Shown here: piece by piece, positions 10,787 to 20,076 of the stretch
Layout of the letters: the number at the start of each line of letters is the position of its first letter
Numbering within the stretch: position 1 is the stretch's first letter
From: an uncultured Gemmatimonadales bacterium
Lineage (GTDB): Bacteria; Gemmatimonadota; Gemmatimonadetes; Gemmatimonadales; GWC2-71-9
Direction of reading: 5' to 3'
Length of the DNA: 64,000 bases
Assembly (NCBI GenBank): GCA_963795085.1
Contig: CAWCFX010000006.1
Span: 704,001-768,000, forward strand
The notes under the pieces: generated by a model
Told to the model about the DNA's origin: nothing
The model's input: the letters and a program-made list of their open reading frames with translations, nothing else
The model's database searches: none
Made by a program: the position numbers and the translations under genes

Positions 10787-11211
10787 AAATCGCGATCGGG
10801 TCGGATCACGCGGGGTTCGGATTCAAGGAGCGCCTCAAGGTGGCGCTCCCCCGCTGGGGCCACGCGGTCACCGACTTCGGAACCGACTCGATCGAGCCGG
10901 TGGATTATCCGCTCTTCGTGCGACCGGTCGCGGAGGGTGTCGCGGAGGGAACCTTCGAGCGGGGGATCGTGCTGGGAGGGTCCGGCAACGGCGAGGCGAT
11001 GGTGGCCAACCGGGTCAAGGGCGTCCGCTGCGCGGTCTGCTGGAACGTCGAATCAGCCCGGCTGGCCCGGCTCCACAACGACGCCAATGTCCTCTCCCTG
11101 GGAGAACGGCTGATCCCGGACCAGGACCTCCTGCCCATCGTGGAAGCATGGCTGGCGACCGGGTTCGAAGGCGGCCGCCATGTCCGCCGGATCCGGCTGC
11201 TCGACGAATAA
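10783..11211 (+). CDS. rpiB: Ribose-5-phosphate isomerase B
   Basis: KIAIGSDHAGF, GGSGNGE, HNDANVLSLGER, FEGGRH. TTG start overlaps the sixA stop. Confidence 0.95.
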   Translation: MKIAIGSDHAGFGFKERLKVALPRWGHAVTDFGTDSIEPVDYPLFVRPVAEGVAEGTFERGIVLGGSGNGEAMVANRVKGVRCAVCWNVESARLARLHNDANVLSLGERLIPDQDLLPIVEAWLATGFEGGRHVRRIRLLDE

Positions 11212-11228
11212 ACTTTGCCATTCAAGGC

Positions 11229-11703
11229 GGCTGGCTCTGCGGATCGCGAAAACACGAACTCCAAACTACAAGAGTGGAAAGATGGTGTTCGGGCAGGGGC
11301 AGCCCGCGGAATAGTCCCCGAGGATCCTCCCTGAAGGCTGGCCCTGCGGATCACGAAAATCGGGCCCTGTCCTGTTTTTTGCTTTGGTGTTCGGGCAGGG
11401 GCGGCCCGCGGAATAGTCCCCGAGGATCCTCCCTGAAGGCTGGCCCTGCGGATCACGAAAATCGGGCCCTGTCCTGTTTTTCGTGCTTTCGGTGTTCGGG
11501 CAGGGGCGGCCCGCGGAATAGTCCCCGAGGATCCTCCCTGAAGGCTGGCCCTGCGGATCACGAAAATCGGGCCCTGTCCTGTTTTTCGTGCTTTCGTGTT
11601 CGGGCAGGGGCGGCCCGCGGCACAGTCCCCGAGGATCCTCCCTGAAGGCTGGCCCTGCAAATCACGAAAACACGAACTCCAAACTACAAGAGTGGAAAGA
11701 CGG
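11229..11703. repeat. Tandem array of a 102-105 bp unit (3 full copies plus 1 partial) bounded by a direct repeat
   Basis: Units start at 11284, 11386, 11491 and 11596 (GTGTTCGGGCAGGGG...CCTGTCCTGTTTTT). CACGAACTCCAAACTACAAGAGTGGAAAGA occurs at 11253-11282 and 11671-11700. Confidence 0.95.
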
Positions 11704-11756
11704 AGAAATTACAGGAGACAGCTGAATGGATTGCATTTTCCGTGAACCGCCCTGCC

Positions 11757-13541
11757 TCAATTTCCCAGATACAATACGCCCCTCCACCCGTTGAGCCGGA
11801 CCCTGCCGTCTTTGCGCTCGGCGCCGAGCCAGGCGAGAGCGAGCATTCCCCGGCGCCCGGCGCCCTCGGCGGCCAGCTGCAACGGCAGCCGGCTGCGATC
11901 GGCCGGGCTGGTCGCGAGTAGCGTGTCCACCAGCGGCCGGAGCTGGAACACGAGCAGGGATTCTCCACCCTTGTTCAGGGCGATCGTCATCGCGGCGGTA
12001 TCGGTCACCACGGCCAGGGTATCGGACCCGAAGACCGCGGGGATCGTGTTGCGGCCATTGAGTTCCAGGGCGTAGTCGAACCCGGAAATCGGCAGCGCGG
12101 CCCGGTCTCCCGGGGGCTCCACCGCGACGTAGTCAATCGGCTCGGTGTAATACTCCGGGAGATAGTCGATTCCCACCGCGGCCAGGATCCGGCCGGCCGC
12201 CGAATCGGCCATCGCGTACCGGCTCCCGTCGTTCCTCATGGCCGCCAGGTCGCCGGCGGCATCGCCGAAGAGGCCCCGGATCGCGCCGGAGGCGTTGCGC
12301 TCCAGCAGGAAACGCAGCGCCTCGCTCATCTGGCGGCGGTCGGCCAGCGGCAGGTCGTGTTTCACATCCGGCGCCACCCTGCCCAGCAGGCGCACGTTGG
12401 CCGACTCGCTGATCGCCCGGATCCGGTCGGCCTGGCTCCGGACGGAAAGCGCGGTGGCGCCAATCGGCCCGAACGCCGTCAACAGGAGAATCACGGCGAG
12501 ACTCACCGGGATGATCTTGATCCCGGTCTCCCGGCGGACGGTATAGAGCACCGACAGGCCGAGCAGCCAGGCCCCCAGCAGCAACCCCAGGTAGCGCAGC
12601 TCGGTGAGGCCGTACGGCTCCACCCGTTTCCAGAGGGCGAGCAGGAACATGGCGGCCGCGGGAATCAGCCCCACGAACAGATAGCGCGCGTAGGTCCGTA
12701 TCCAGGCCTCGTCCGCCTCGGCGCGGAGGGGATGCACCAGCAGGAACCCCAGGATGCCCACGGTGGCCACGCTCGAGACCAGGTACCCGATCCACCCGCT
12801 CGGCCAGGTCCCCGTGATGACGATCTTGACCAGGTAGGCCGTGAGGATGACGAGGTACACGGCGACCAGCGGAGTCAGGATGTACTGGGTAAAGACCTTG
12901 AGCGCCCGGGGGTAGCCCTGGGGCTCTTCCAGGGCGGCGATATCGGGCGGGACGGCGGCGAGGAAGATCCAGGTGTTGATGACGAACGCGATGATGAACC
13001 AGAGACGGCCATACGTCTCGCCTTCGATGTTCACGCCGAACAACTTGTCCAGGGCGCCGAGCGCGATCGCCAGCCCCACGAACAGCACGGCGGAAAAGAG
13101 CGCAGCCCGCAGGAATCCCTCGAACAGCCGGCGGTTGTACTGCCAGAACCCGCGGACCTCGCCGCGGCCGGCGAACGGCGCTACCGCCACGAGCAGGTGG
13201 AGGCCCGCGCTGAGCTGCACGTAGCGGATCATCAGGTGCTTCTGCTCCGGGTCCGGCCAGGTGCGGAGAAACCAGAAGAGCGCGAGGACGCCCGCGGCGA
13301 TCAGCCCGGTGCGGGCGGCCGGCTCCCAGTTGCGCCGCTCCACCAGCAGGGTTGTCGCCAGGGTCAGGGGAATACCCAGCATGGCCACCAGGCAGAGCCG
13401 GACCCAGAATGTTTCTTCCTGGACGTCGGTGCCGATGATCGCGGCGGCCGCGGCGACCGTGCCGGCAGCCAGGGGCCAGGGGAATCGGCGCAGGACGGCG
13501 CCAGCCCGCTCGGCCAGGGCAGCCACAGATGGGAATCGCAT
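11757..13541 (-). CDS. DUF4153-like multi-pass membrane protein
   Basis: RRFPW start, FWQYNRRLF, YPRALKVFTQYILTPLV, RVEPYGLTELRY, SVRSQADR. Confidence 0.8.
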   Translation of the reverse strand: MRFPSVAALAERAGAVLRRFPWPLAAGTVAAAAAIIGTDVQEETFWVRLCLVAMLGIPLTLATTLLVERRNWEPAARTGLIAAGVLALFWFLRTWPDPEQKHLMIRYVQLSAGLHLLVAVAPFAGRGEVRGFWQYNRRLFEGFLRAALFSAVLFVGLAIALGALDKLFGVNIEGETYGRLWFIIAFVINTWIFLAAVPPDIAALEEPQGYPRALKVFTQYILTPLVAVYLVILTAYLVKIVITGTWPSGWIGYLVSSVATVGILGFLLVHPLRAEADEAWIRTYARYLFVGLIPAAAMFLLALWKRVEPYGLTELRYLGLLLGAWLLGLSVLYTVRRETGIKIIPVSLAVILLLTAFGPIGATALSVRSQADRIRAISESANVRLLGRVAPDVKHDLPLADRRQMSEALRFLLERNASGAIRGLFGDAAGDLAAMRNDGSRYAMADSAAGRILAAVGIDYLPEYYTEPIDYVAVEPPGDRAALPISGFDYALELNGRNTIPAVFGSDTLAVVTDTAAMTIALNKGGESLLVFQLRPLVDTLLATSPADRSRLPLQLAAEGAGRRGMLALAWLGAERKDGRVRLNGWRGVLYLGN

Positions 13542-13648
13542 GGAGCGGTGGGTTGGAGGTGCTCCATTATAGGGGGAATGCCGCGGCTGGCAAACGATTC
13601 CCCGGAATCCGGTAGCGCGGGCGGTACGCCGGCCCTAGACTTCCTTCT

Positions 13649-15514
13649 ATGCCAGCCCTTCCAACTTCGGCTTCCCCGCGGGAAGTCCGCGACTCGGTGG
13701 TCATTCGGTTTGCGGGCGATTCCGGCGACGGCATGCAGATCACCGGGTCCCAGTTCACCCTGGAAACCGCCCTCGCCGGCAACGACCTCTCCACCTTCCC
13801 CGATTTCCCCGCTGAGATCCGGGCCCCTACAGGGACCACCTTCGGCGTGTCGGCCTTCCAGATTCATTTTGGATCGTCCGACGTGACCACGGCGGGCGAC
13901 GAACTGGACGTCCTGGTGGCCATGAACCCGGCCGCCCTCAAGGTCAACCTGCGCGACCTGCGGCTCGGCGGGATGATCATCGTGGACGAAAGCGCCTTCA
14001 CCGACCGGAACTTCACCAAGGCGGGGATCGCCGCCAACCCGCTCAGTGACGGATCCCTCGCGCCGTACCAGCTGATCCGCCTCGACGTGACCCGGCTGAC
14101 GCTGGAGGCGGTCAAGCCCTTCGGGCTGGGACAGAAGGAGGGACTCCGCTGCCGCAACATGTGGGCGCTGGGCCTGATGCTCTGGATGTTCGGACGGGAC
14201 CGGCAGGCCACGATCGAGTGGATGCGGAAGAAGTTCGCGCGCAACCCGGCGGTGGCCCAGGCCAACGAGGCCGCCCTCAATGCCGGCCACGCCTTCGGCG
14301 AAACCGCCGAAATGCCCGGCGATATCACCGGCTACACCGTGGCCCGGGCCGAGGTCGCACCGGGCACCTACCGCACCGTCAACGGGACCGAAGCCACCGC
14401 GTGGGGGCTGGTCGCCGGCGCCCGGGCCGCCGGCCTGAAGAAGATCGTGCTGGGCGCGTACCCCATCACACCGGCCTCGGCGCTGCTCCACACCCTCGCC
14501 AATCTCAAGCGCTACGGCGTGATCACCTTCCAGGCCGAGGACGAGATCGCGGCCATCTGCGTGGCGATCGGCGCGGCGTACGCCGGCGCCCTGGGCATCA
14601 CCTCGAGCAGCGGGCCCGGCATCGCGCTCAAGACCGAGGCGCTGGGGCTGGCGATCGCCACCGAGCTGCCCCTGGTGGTGGTCAACAACCAGCGGGCCGG
14701 CCCCTCCACCGGCATGCCCACCAAGACCGAGCAGTCGGACCTGTTCCAGGCCGTGGTGGGGCGGAACGCCGACAGCCCCATGCCGGTGATCGCGGCCGCC
14801 ACTCCGGGTGACTGCTTCGAAACCGCGATCGAGGCCGTGCGGCTGGCCACGAAATACATGACCCCGGTCATGCTGCTCACCGACGGCTACCTCGCCAACG
14901 CCGCCGAGCCGTGGCAGCTGCCCAACCTGGACGAGATCGAAAGCTTTCCGGTCACCTTCCGCACCGACCCGGCCGGGTTCCACCCCTTCGCCCGGGACGA
15001 AGCGACCAAAGCCCGGCCCTGGGCGCTGCCGGGCACGCCAGGCCTGATGCACCGGATCGGCGGGCTGGAGCGGGCCTACGACTCGGGGCATATCTCTTAT
15101 GACCCCGAGAACCACGAGAAGATGACCCGGGTCCGGGCCGAGAAGGTGGCGGGAATCGCCGCCGACATTCCGGAACAGCGGGTGGCCCTGGGACCGGAGT
15201 CGGGCAAGGTCGCGGTGGTGGGGTGGGGATCCACCTACGGCGCGATCCACCAGGCGGTGCGGCGAAGCGCCGATGCCGGGCTGGCCGTTGCCCATATTCA
15301 CATCCGGCACCTGGCGCCGTTCCCCGCCAACCTGGGCGCGCTACTCGGCCGATTCGACCGGGTGCTGGTGCCGGAACTCAACAACGGGCAACTGGTGCAC
15401 TTCCTGCGCGCCCAGTATCTCATCCCCGCCGTTTCGCTGCCCAAGGTCACCGGCCGGCCCTTCCAGGTCGCCGAACTGGAGCGGGCGATTCACGCGGAAC
15501 TGGAGACCCTATGA
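13649..15514 (+). CDS. korA: 2-oxoacid:ferredoxin oxidoreductase alpha subunit (fused gamma domain)
   Basis: RFAGDSGDGMQ, YPITPAS, QAEDEIAA, QRAGPSTGMPTKTEQSD. Confidence 0.95.
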   Translation: MPALPTSASPREVRDSVVIRFAGDSGDGMQITGSQFTLETALAGNDLSTFPDFPAEIRAPTGTTFGVSAFQIHFGSSDVTTAGDELDVLVAMNPAALKVNLRDLRLGGMIIVDESAFTDRNFTKAGIAANPLSDGSLAPYQLIRLDVTRLTLEAVKPFGLGQKEGLRCRNMWALGLMLWMFGRDRQATIEWMRKKFARNPAVAQANEAALNAGHAFGETAEMPGDITGYTVARAEVAPGTYRTVNGTEATAWGLVAGARAAGLKKIVLGAYPITPASALLHTLANLKRYGVITFQAEDEIAAICVAIGAAYAGALGITSSSGPGIALKTEALGLAIATELPLVVVNNQRAGPSTGMPTKTEQSDLFQAVVGRNADSPMPVIAAATPGDCFETAIEAVRLATKYMTPVMLLTDGYLANAAEPWQLPNLDEIESFPVTFRTDPAGFHPFARDEATKARPWALPGTPGLMHRIGGLERAYDSGHISYDPENHEKMTRVRAEKVAGIAADIPEQRVALGPESGKVAVVGWGSTYGAIHQAVRRSADAGLAVAHIHIRHLAPFPANLGALLGRFDRVLVPELNNGQLVHFLRAQYLIPAVSLPKVTGRPFQVAELERAIHAELETL

Positions 15515-16524
15515 CCGCCACCGCCCCGCTGACCGCGAAGGACTGGGCGTCCGACCAGGAAGTCCGCTGGTGCCCCGGCTGCGGCGACTACGCCATTCTC
15601 AAGGCCATGCTCAAGACCCTGGCCGATATCGGATCCCGGCCCGAGAACACCGTCTTCGTCTCCGGCATCGGGTGCGCCGCGCGGTTCCCGTATTACGTCT
15701 CCTCCTATGGGTTCCACACCATCCACGGCCGGGCCCCCGCGGTGGCGACCGGGGTCAAGATCACCAACCCGGACCTGGACGTCTGGGTCATCACCGGCGA
15801 TGGCGACGCGCTGAGCATCGGGGGCAACCACATGCTGCACCTGCTGCGCCGCAACGTGGACCTGCAGCTGATCCTGTTCAACAACGAGATCTACGGCCTC
15901 ACCAAGGGCCAGTACTCCCCCACCTCGCGGCGGGGCACCCGCTCGCCCTCCACGCCGATGGGCTCGCTGGAACACCCGGTGTCGGCGGGCGCGTTCGCGC
16001 TGGGCGCCGGAGGGCGGTTCATCGCCCGGTCGATTGATACCCAGCAGGCCCATCTCTCCGCCGTCCTGACCCGGGCGCACGCGAATAAGGGAACGTCGTT
16101 CGTCGAGGTCTTCCAGAACTGCGTGGTCTTCAACGATGGCGTGTTCGATGACTTCACCGACCGCGCCACCGCCGCCGACCGCCAGGTGCTGGTGGAACAC
16201 GGCCAGCCGCTGCTCTTTGGCAAGGAGCGCACCCGGGGCCTCCGCCTCAACCCGGCCACCATCAGCCTGGAGGTCGTGACCCTGGGAGAGCACGGCATTA
16301 CGGAAGCGGATATCCTGGTGCACGACGAGACCAACCGCACCCTGGCCGGCATGCTGCTCGCCATGGAGCCACCGGCGTTCCCGGTGGCCCTCGGCGTGGT
16401 GTACTGCAATCCGGCCGCGACCTTCGAGCGGGAACTCCACGCCCAGCTGGAAAGCGCCGGCGCCGGCGCAGGCGAAGCGGACATCAGAGACCTGTTCGTG
16501 CAGGAGCGGACGTGGACTGTCTAA
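15511..16524 (+). CDS. korB: 2-oxoacid:ferredoxin oxidoreductase beta subunit
   Basis: WCPGCGD, SGIGC, GDGD..SIGGNH, NNEIYGLTKGQYSPT. ATGA overlap with korA. Confidence 0.95.
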   Translation: MTATAPLTAKDWASDQEVRWCPGCGDYAILKAMLKTLADIGSRPENTVFVSGIGCAARFPYYVSSYGFHTIHGRAPAVATGVKITNPDLDVWVITGDGDALSIGGNHMLHLLRRNVDLQLILFNNEIYGLTKGQYSPTSRRGTRSPSTPMGSLEHPVSAGAFALGAGGRFIARSIDTQQAHLSAVLTRAHANKGTSFVEVFQNCVVFNDGVFDDFTDRATAADRQVLVEHGQPLLFGKERTRGLRLNPATISLEVVTLGEHGITEADILVHDETNRTLAGMLLAMEPPAFPVALGVVYCNPAATFERELHAQLESAGAGAGEADIRDLFVQERTWTV

Positions 16525-16690
16525 GGGGGCAAGAGGGTCAGGGGGTCAGGGGGTCAGTGGGACGGTGGGACAGTGGGACGGTGGGACAGTGGGACGGTGG
16601 GACAGTGGGTCAGTGGGTCAGTGGGTCAGTGGGACAGTGGGTCAGTGGGACAGTGGGTCAGTGGGACAGTGGGTCCGGGGGGACAGTGGG
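16525..16690. repeat. Octamer array, G-rich arm left of the four-helix-bundle gene
   Basis: CAGTGGGA/CAGTGGGT/CGGTGGGA units starting immediately after the korB TAA. Confidence 0.97.
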
Positions 16691-16699
16691 TAAGCACGG

Positions 16700-17086
16700 T
16701 CAGCGATCCTTGGGAGAATCGGGCCTTCCGCGTCCTCTTAGGGTGGCTGCATAGAGCGCCCATGTCGTGCGACCAGCCTCTTGCTTTAATTCATCCAGAC
16801 TGCTGGCTTCAGCCTCAGAAATGAACTTCATATCCCGGGCAAACCGGAGCAACACTTCGGTTTCAGCGAGCGATCCGAGCGAGATGTCAAGATATCGACG
16901 GAACTCGCGACGGCCTCTCTTGCAGGCGCCTTCAGCAATGTTGATGGAGACGGAGGTACTGGCGCGGCGAGCCTGAGCGGTCAGACCGAAGGCGTGGTGC
17001 TTCGGCCATGTTTCCGTCGACCGAAGTACCGCCAGGCCGAGATCGTAGCTCTTCCGAAACGCGGTGAGCTGGTCAAAGGGACTCAT
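16700..17086 (-). CDS. Four-helix-bundle protein (23S rRNA IVP / Avd-like family)
   Basis: FDQLTAFRKSYDL...FGLTAQARRASTSVSINIAEG...EFRRYLDISLGSLAE matches the family pattern L.sQ.RRaa.Si..NIAEG. Visibly more AT-rich than neighbouring genes. Confidence 0.92.
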   Translation of the reverse strand: MSPFDQLTAFRKSYDLGLAVLRSTETWPKHHAFGLTAQARRASTSVSINIAEGACKRGRREFRRYLDISLGSLAETEVLLRFARDMKFISEAEASSLDELKQEAGRTTWALYAATLRGRGRPDSPKDR

Positions 17087-17193
17087 GACCACAAATTACA
17101 ACGGGGAGAGGTTGGGACTGTATATAAATCAATGCATCGAGGCACCATTCCTACGCACGCCGATGTTTCGCCGCTAACCCGAACTGTCCTTCC

Positions 17194-17273
17194 GTCCCAC
17201 TGACTGACCCACTGACCCACTGCCACTGCCCACTGTCCCACTGTCCCACTGTCCCACTGTCCCACTGTCCCAC
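17194..17273. repeat. Octamer array, C-rich arm right of the four-helix-bundle gene
   Basis: TGTCCCAC/TGACCCAC units ending at the stop codon of the FNR-like gene; reverse complement of the 16525-16690 arm. Confidence 0.97.
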
Positions 17274-18302
17274 TTACTCCTCTTGCCCAAAAATCGCCAA
17301 ATTCGAACTATGCCCCGGGTTCACTTTCATCTTCGGGTTGATATAGTGCACCGCGTTGTTCACGGCGATGCAGACCTCCCCCACGCCGGTGGCGATCAGC
17401 TTCAGTTTCCCCTCGTAGGCCGCGATATCGCCGGCGGCATAGATGCCGGGGACGTTGGTCTCCATGACCCGGTTGACCTTGATATCGGCTTTCTCGGTGT
17501 CGAGGCCCCATTCCTTGAGCGCGCCCAGGTCGGAGTGAAATCCGAGCAGGGGGATGACGGCGTCCACGTCCATGGTCACCGTCTCCTTGGTCTTGCTGTT
17601 CATGATGGTGACCCGCTCGACCCGGCCGTTGCCCTCGATGCCCTTGACCTCGGCGAAGGTGCGCAGCTCGCAGAGGCCGTCCCGGCAGAGCTGTTCCACC
17701 TGTTTGATGGTGGCCGCGTGGGCCCGGAAGCCGTCGCGCCGGTGAATGAGCATCACCGACCGGGCGATCCCCTGCAGGTTGACCGCCCAGTCGAAGGCCG
17801 AGTCCCCGCCGCCCACCAGCAGCACCCGCTGGCCGGCGAACAGCCTGGGGTCGATCACCTTGTGGTAGAGTCCCTTCTCCTCGAAGTGCTCCACGTTCTC
17901 CAGCGGCAGCTTGCGGGCTTCGAAGGCCCCGATGCCGGCGGCGATGATGATGGTGCGGGACGGATAGACGCCGCCCGTCGTCTCGATGAGGAAGTGGCCG
18001 ACTCCGTCGTCGTCCACCCGGGTCAGCCCGGTCACCACCTCGCCCAGGTGGGTGCTGGCGCCGAACTGCAGCCCCTGCTCCACCATCGCGGTCACCAGGT
18101 CCTTGGCCAGTACCTTGGGAAACCCGGCCACGTCGAAGATGTATTTCTCGGGGTATAGCGCCATGAGCTGCCCGCCCAGCGAGGGCAGGGCATCGATCAG
18201 GCGGCAGGACGCCCCCCGCATCCCGGCGTAGAACGCGCCGAACAGCCCGGTAGGGCCGGCGCCGATGATGGATATGTCCTTGAGATCGTCCTGGTGCGCC
18301 AC
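17274..18302 (-). CDS. Ferredoxin--NADP(+) reductase, TrxB-like (YumC type)
   Basis: GAGPTG, LGGQLMALYPEKYIFDVAGFP, GGGDSAFDWA, HRR, GKLKLIATG. No CxxC. Confidence 0.88.
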   Translation of the reverse strand: MAHQDDLKDISIIGAGPTGLFGAFYAGMRGASCRLIDALPSLGGQLMALYPEKYIFDVAGFPKVLAKDLVTAMVEQGLQFGASTHLGEVVTGLTRVDDDGVGHFLIETTGGVYPSRTIIIAAGIGAFEARKLPLENVEHFEEKGLYHKVIDPRLFAGQRVLLVGGGDSAFDWAVNLQGIARSVMLIHRRDGFRAHAATIKQVEQLCRDGLCELRTFAEVKGIEGNGRVERVTIMNSKTKETVTMDVDAVIPLLGFHSDLGALKEWGLDTEKADIKVNRVMETNVPGIYAAGDIAAYEGKLKLIATGVGEVCIAVNNAVHYINPKMKVNPGHSSNLAIFGQEE

Positions 18303-18433
18303 GGTTCGGTTCCATTTCCTGGGGATGCCGGAAATATAATTCCCCGCCGCGGTCAGCGCGGGGCCCGGAACAAGGTAGCCGGAACGGAGTAACCGGTGCT
18401 AAGATTGCCGGACACCTCCACGCCCCGGGCCCA

Positions 18434-19534
18434 ATGACCAGACGCTCCATCGCCGCCGCCTGCCTGGCCGCCATCGCGCTCGAAGGGTGCGGCGCCGTCC
18501 GCTACTTCACCGCGGGCGACGCTTCCCCGCCCCATTCCCTGCAGCGCTTCGGCGCGGCCAGCGATGTGCGCCTCGATTCCGCCGGCGGGTTCCGGGGCAG
18601 TTTCGTCGGCGAGGGGACCTCGCGCGCGGTCCACCTCGTTTCCACCGATACGGGGTTCATCGCGGGGCTCATCTACCGGCACCGGCCCGAGGCCGTCCAG
18701 GGCAGCGACCTCTGGGGTTCGCTCGCCCGGCTGGGCAGCATCTCCATCGACGTGGGCCAGGTGGGGGCGCCGGGCGCGCGCTATCTCCCCCGCGTCGCCT
18801 CGCCGGATGGCCACACCGACGTCCAGGTTTCCGCCCTCATCGTCCGCGGGGGCACCTGCGGCTGGCGGGGCGCGCAGGCGGAGCTGATCGTCCACGCGCC
18901 TCCGGCCGGCGGGTCCGTCCCGGAGCTCCGGGGCCCGGTGGTCGGGTCGTTCCGGCTCGCCTCCGAGATCTCCGGGCGGCAGGTTCGCACGCCGCCGCCC
19001 CCACCCGGCCCCGCGCTGCAGGCGGAACTCATCGAGCGGACGGCGCAGGCCATGGATTCGATGATCAACCGCCGGCTCAGCACCTCGCAGCGCTATCTCC
19101 GCCCGGTCGAAGCCAGCCTGGTCCCCGTCAATACCCTCCAGGACGTGGACGCCGCCGATATCCTGGCCATCCACGCGCTGAACGGCGGGGTCCGCTACGC
19201 CGTCTCCCTCCGCCGGCGCCGGATGGTGGACGCGGGCGATACGGTGGTCGTCGCCGGCGTGATGGTGTGGGACAGCGCGGGCGCCTGGCAGCAGACCGTC
19301 ATGGAGCCCACCCTGCTCGACTATCGCAAGGGGCGGCTGGCTCCCCGCGGCGGAAACTGGTCGCCCATCTGGTGGCGCCGGCTCCAGGCCATCAGCGGAT
19401 TCGAGTACCGGCGCGACTACATCTGGATGGAGCAGGTCGAGGTGAAGGACGGCAGCGTCCTCTGGGGCGTCGTGGACCCGGCCGGCAACGTGGTGGTCGC
19501 CGCCGCGGAAATGCAGGGACCCTGCTCTCAATGA
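18434..19534 (+). CDS. Hypothetical lipoprotein
   Basis: Signal peptide with LEGC lipobox; GC-rich third positions; ATGA overlap with pduO. Confidence 0.7.
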   Translation: MTRRSIAAACLAAIALEGCGAVRYFTAGDASPPHSLQRFGAASDVRLDSAGGFRGSFVGEGTSRAVHLVSTDTGFIAGLIYRHRPEAVQGSDLWGSLARLGSISIDVGQVGAPGARYLPRVASPDGHTDVQVSALIVRGGTCGWRGAQAELIVHAPPAGGSVPELRGPVVGSFRLASEISGRQVRTPPPPPGPALQAELIERTAQAMDSMINRRLSTSQRYLRPVEASLVPVNTLQDVDAADILAIHALNGGVRYAVSLRRRRMVDAGDTVVVAGVMVWDSAGAWQQTVMEPTLLDYRKGRLAPRGGNWSPIWWRRLQAISGFEYRRDYIWMEQVEVKDGSVLWGVVDPAGNVVVAAAEMQGPCSQ

Positions 19535-20076
19535 AGATCTATACCAGGACGGGGGACCAGGGTGAGACCGGCCTCTTCGGCGGCGGGCGGGTGAAGAAGC
19601 ATCACCCCAGGGTCGCCGCCTACGGCGATATTGACGAGCTGAATTCGGCGATCGGGGTGGCCCGGGCCGCCCCGCCGGAAGACCTCTTCGATCCGCTGCT
19701 CATGTCCATTCAGCGGGACCTCTTCTCCATCGGCGGGCACCTGGCTACCCCGGACCCGGAAAAGGTCCGGAAAGCGCTCGAAAAGGCCGACCTCGACGCC
19801 AGTCGGGTCGCCGCCTTCGAGACGGCCATCGACGAGGCCGACCGGGAGCTCGCCCCGCTCAAGGCGTTCGTCCTGCCGGCAGGCACCGGCAAGGCCGCCG
19901 CACTGCACCTCGCCCGCACCGTCTGCCGCCGGGCCGAGCGCTCCCTGGTGGCGCTGGCCGAGGCGGCGCCCGTCCCGGAGCTGTTCATCGTGTATATCAA
20001 CCGGCTCTCCGACCTGCTCTTTACCCTGGCGCGCGTGGCCAATCACCGGGCCGGCCCGGGGGACGTCACCTGGTAG
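19531..20076 (+). CDS. pduO: Cob(I)alamin adenosyltransferase, PduO type
   Basis: MKIYTRTGDQGETGL, YGDIDELNS, ARTVCRRAER, YINRLSDLLFTLAR. Confidence 0.95.
   Translation: MKIYTRTGDQGETGLFGGGRVKKHHPRVAAYGDIDELNSAIGVARAAPPEDLFDPLLMSIQRDLFSIGGHLATPDPEKVRKALEKADLDASRVAAFETAIDEADRELAPLKAFVLPAGTGKAAALHLARTVCRRAERSLVALAEAAPVPELFIVYINRLSDLLFTLARVANHRAGPGDVTW

Noticed and set aside
11229..11703. Possible CRISPR array
   Set aside because: Units are near-identical along their full length, with no unique spacers and no cas genes.
16700..17086. 23S rRNA intervening sequence or a diversity-generating retroelement
   Set aside because: No rRNA sequence flanks the gene, and I saw no reverse transcriptase or TR/VR pair differing at adenines in the window.
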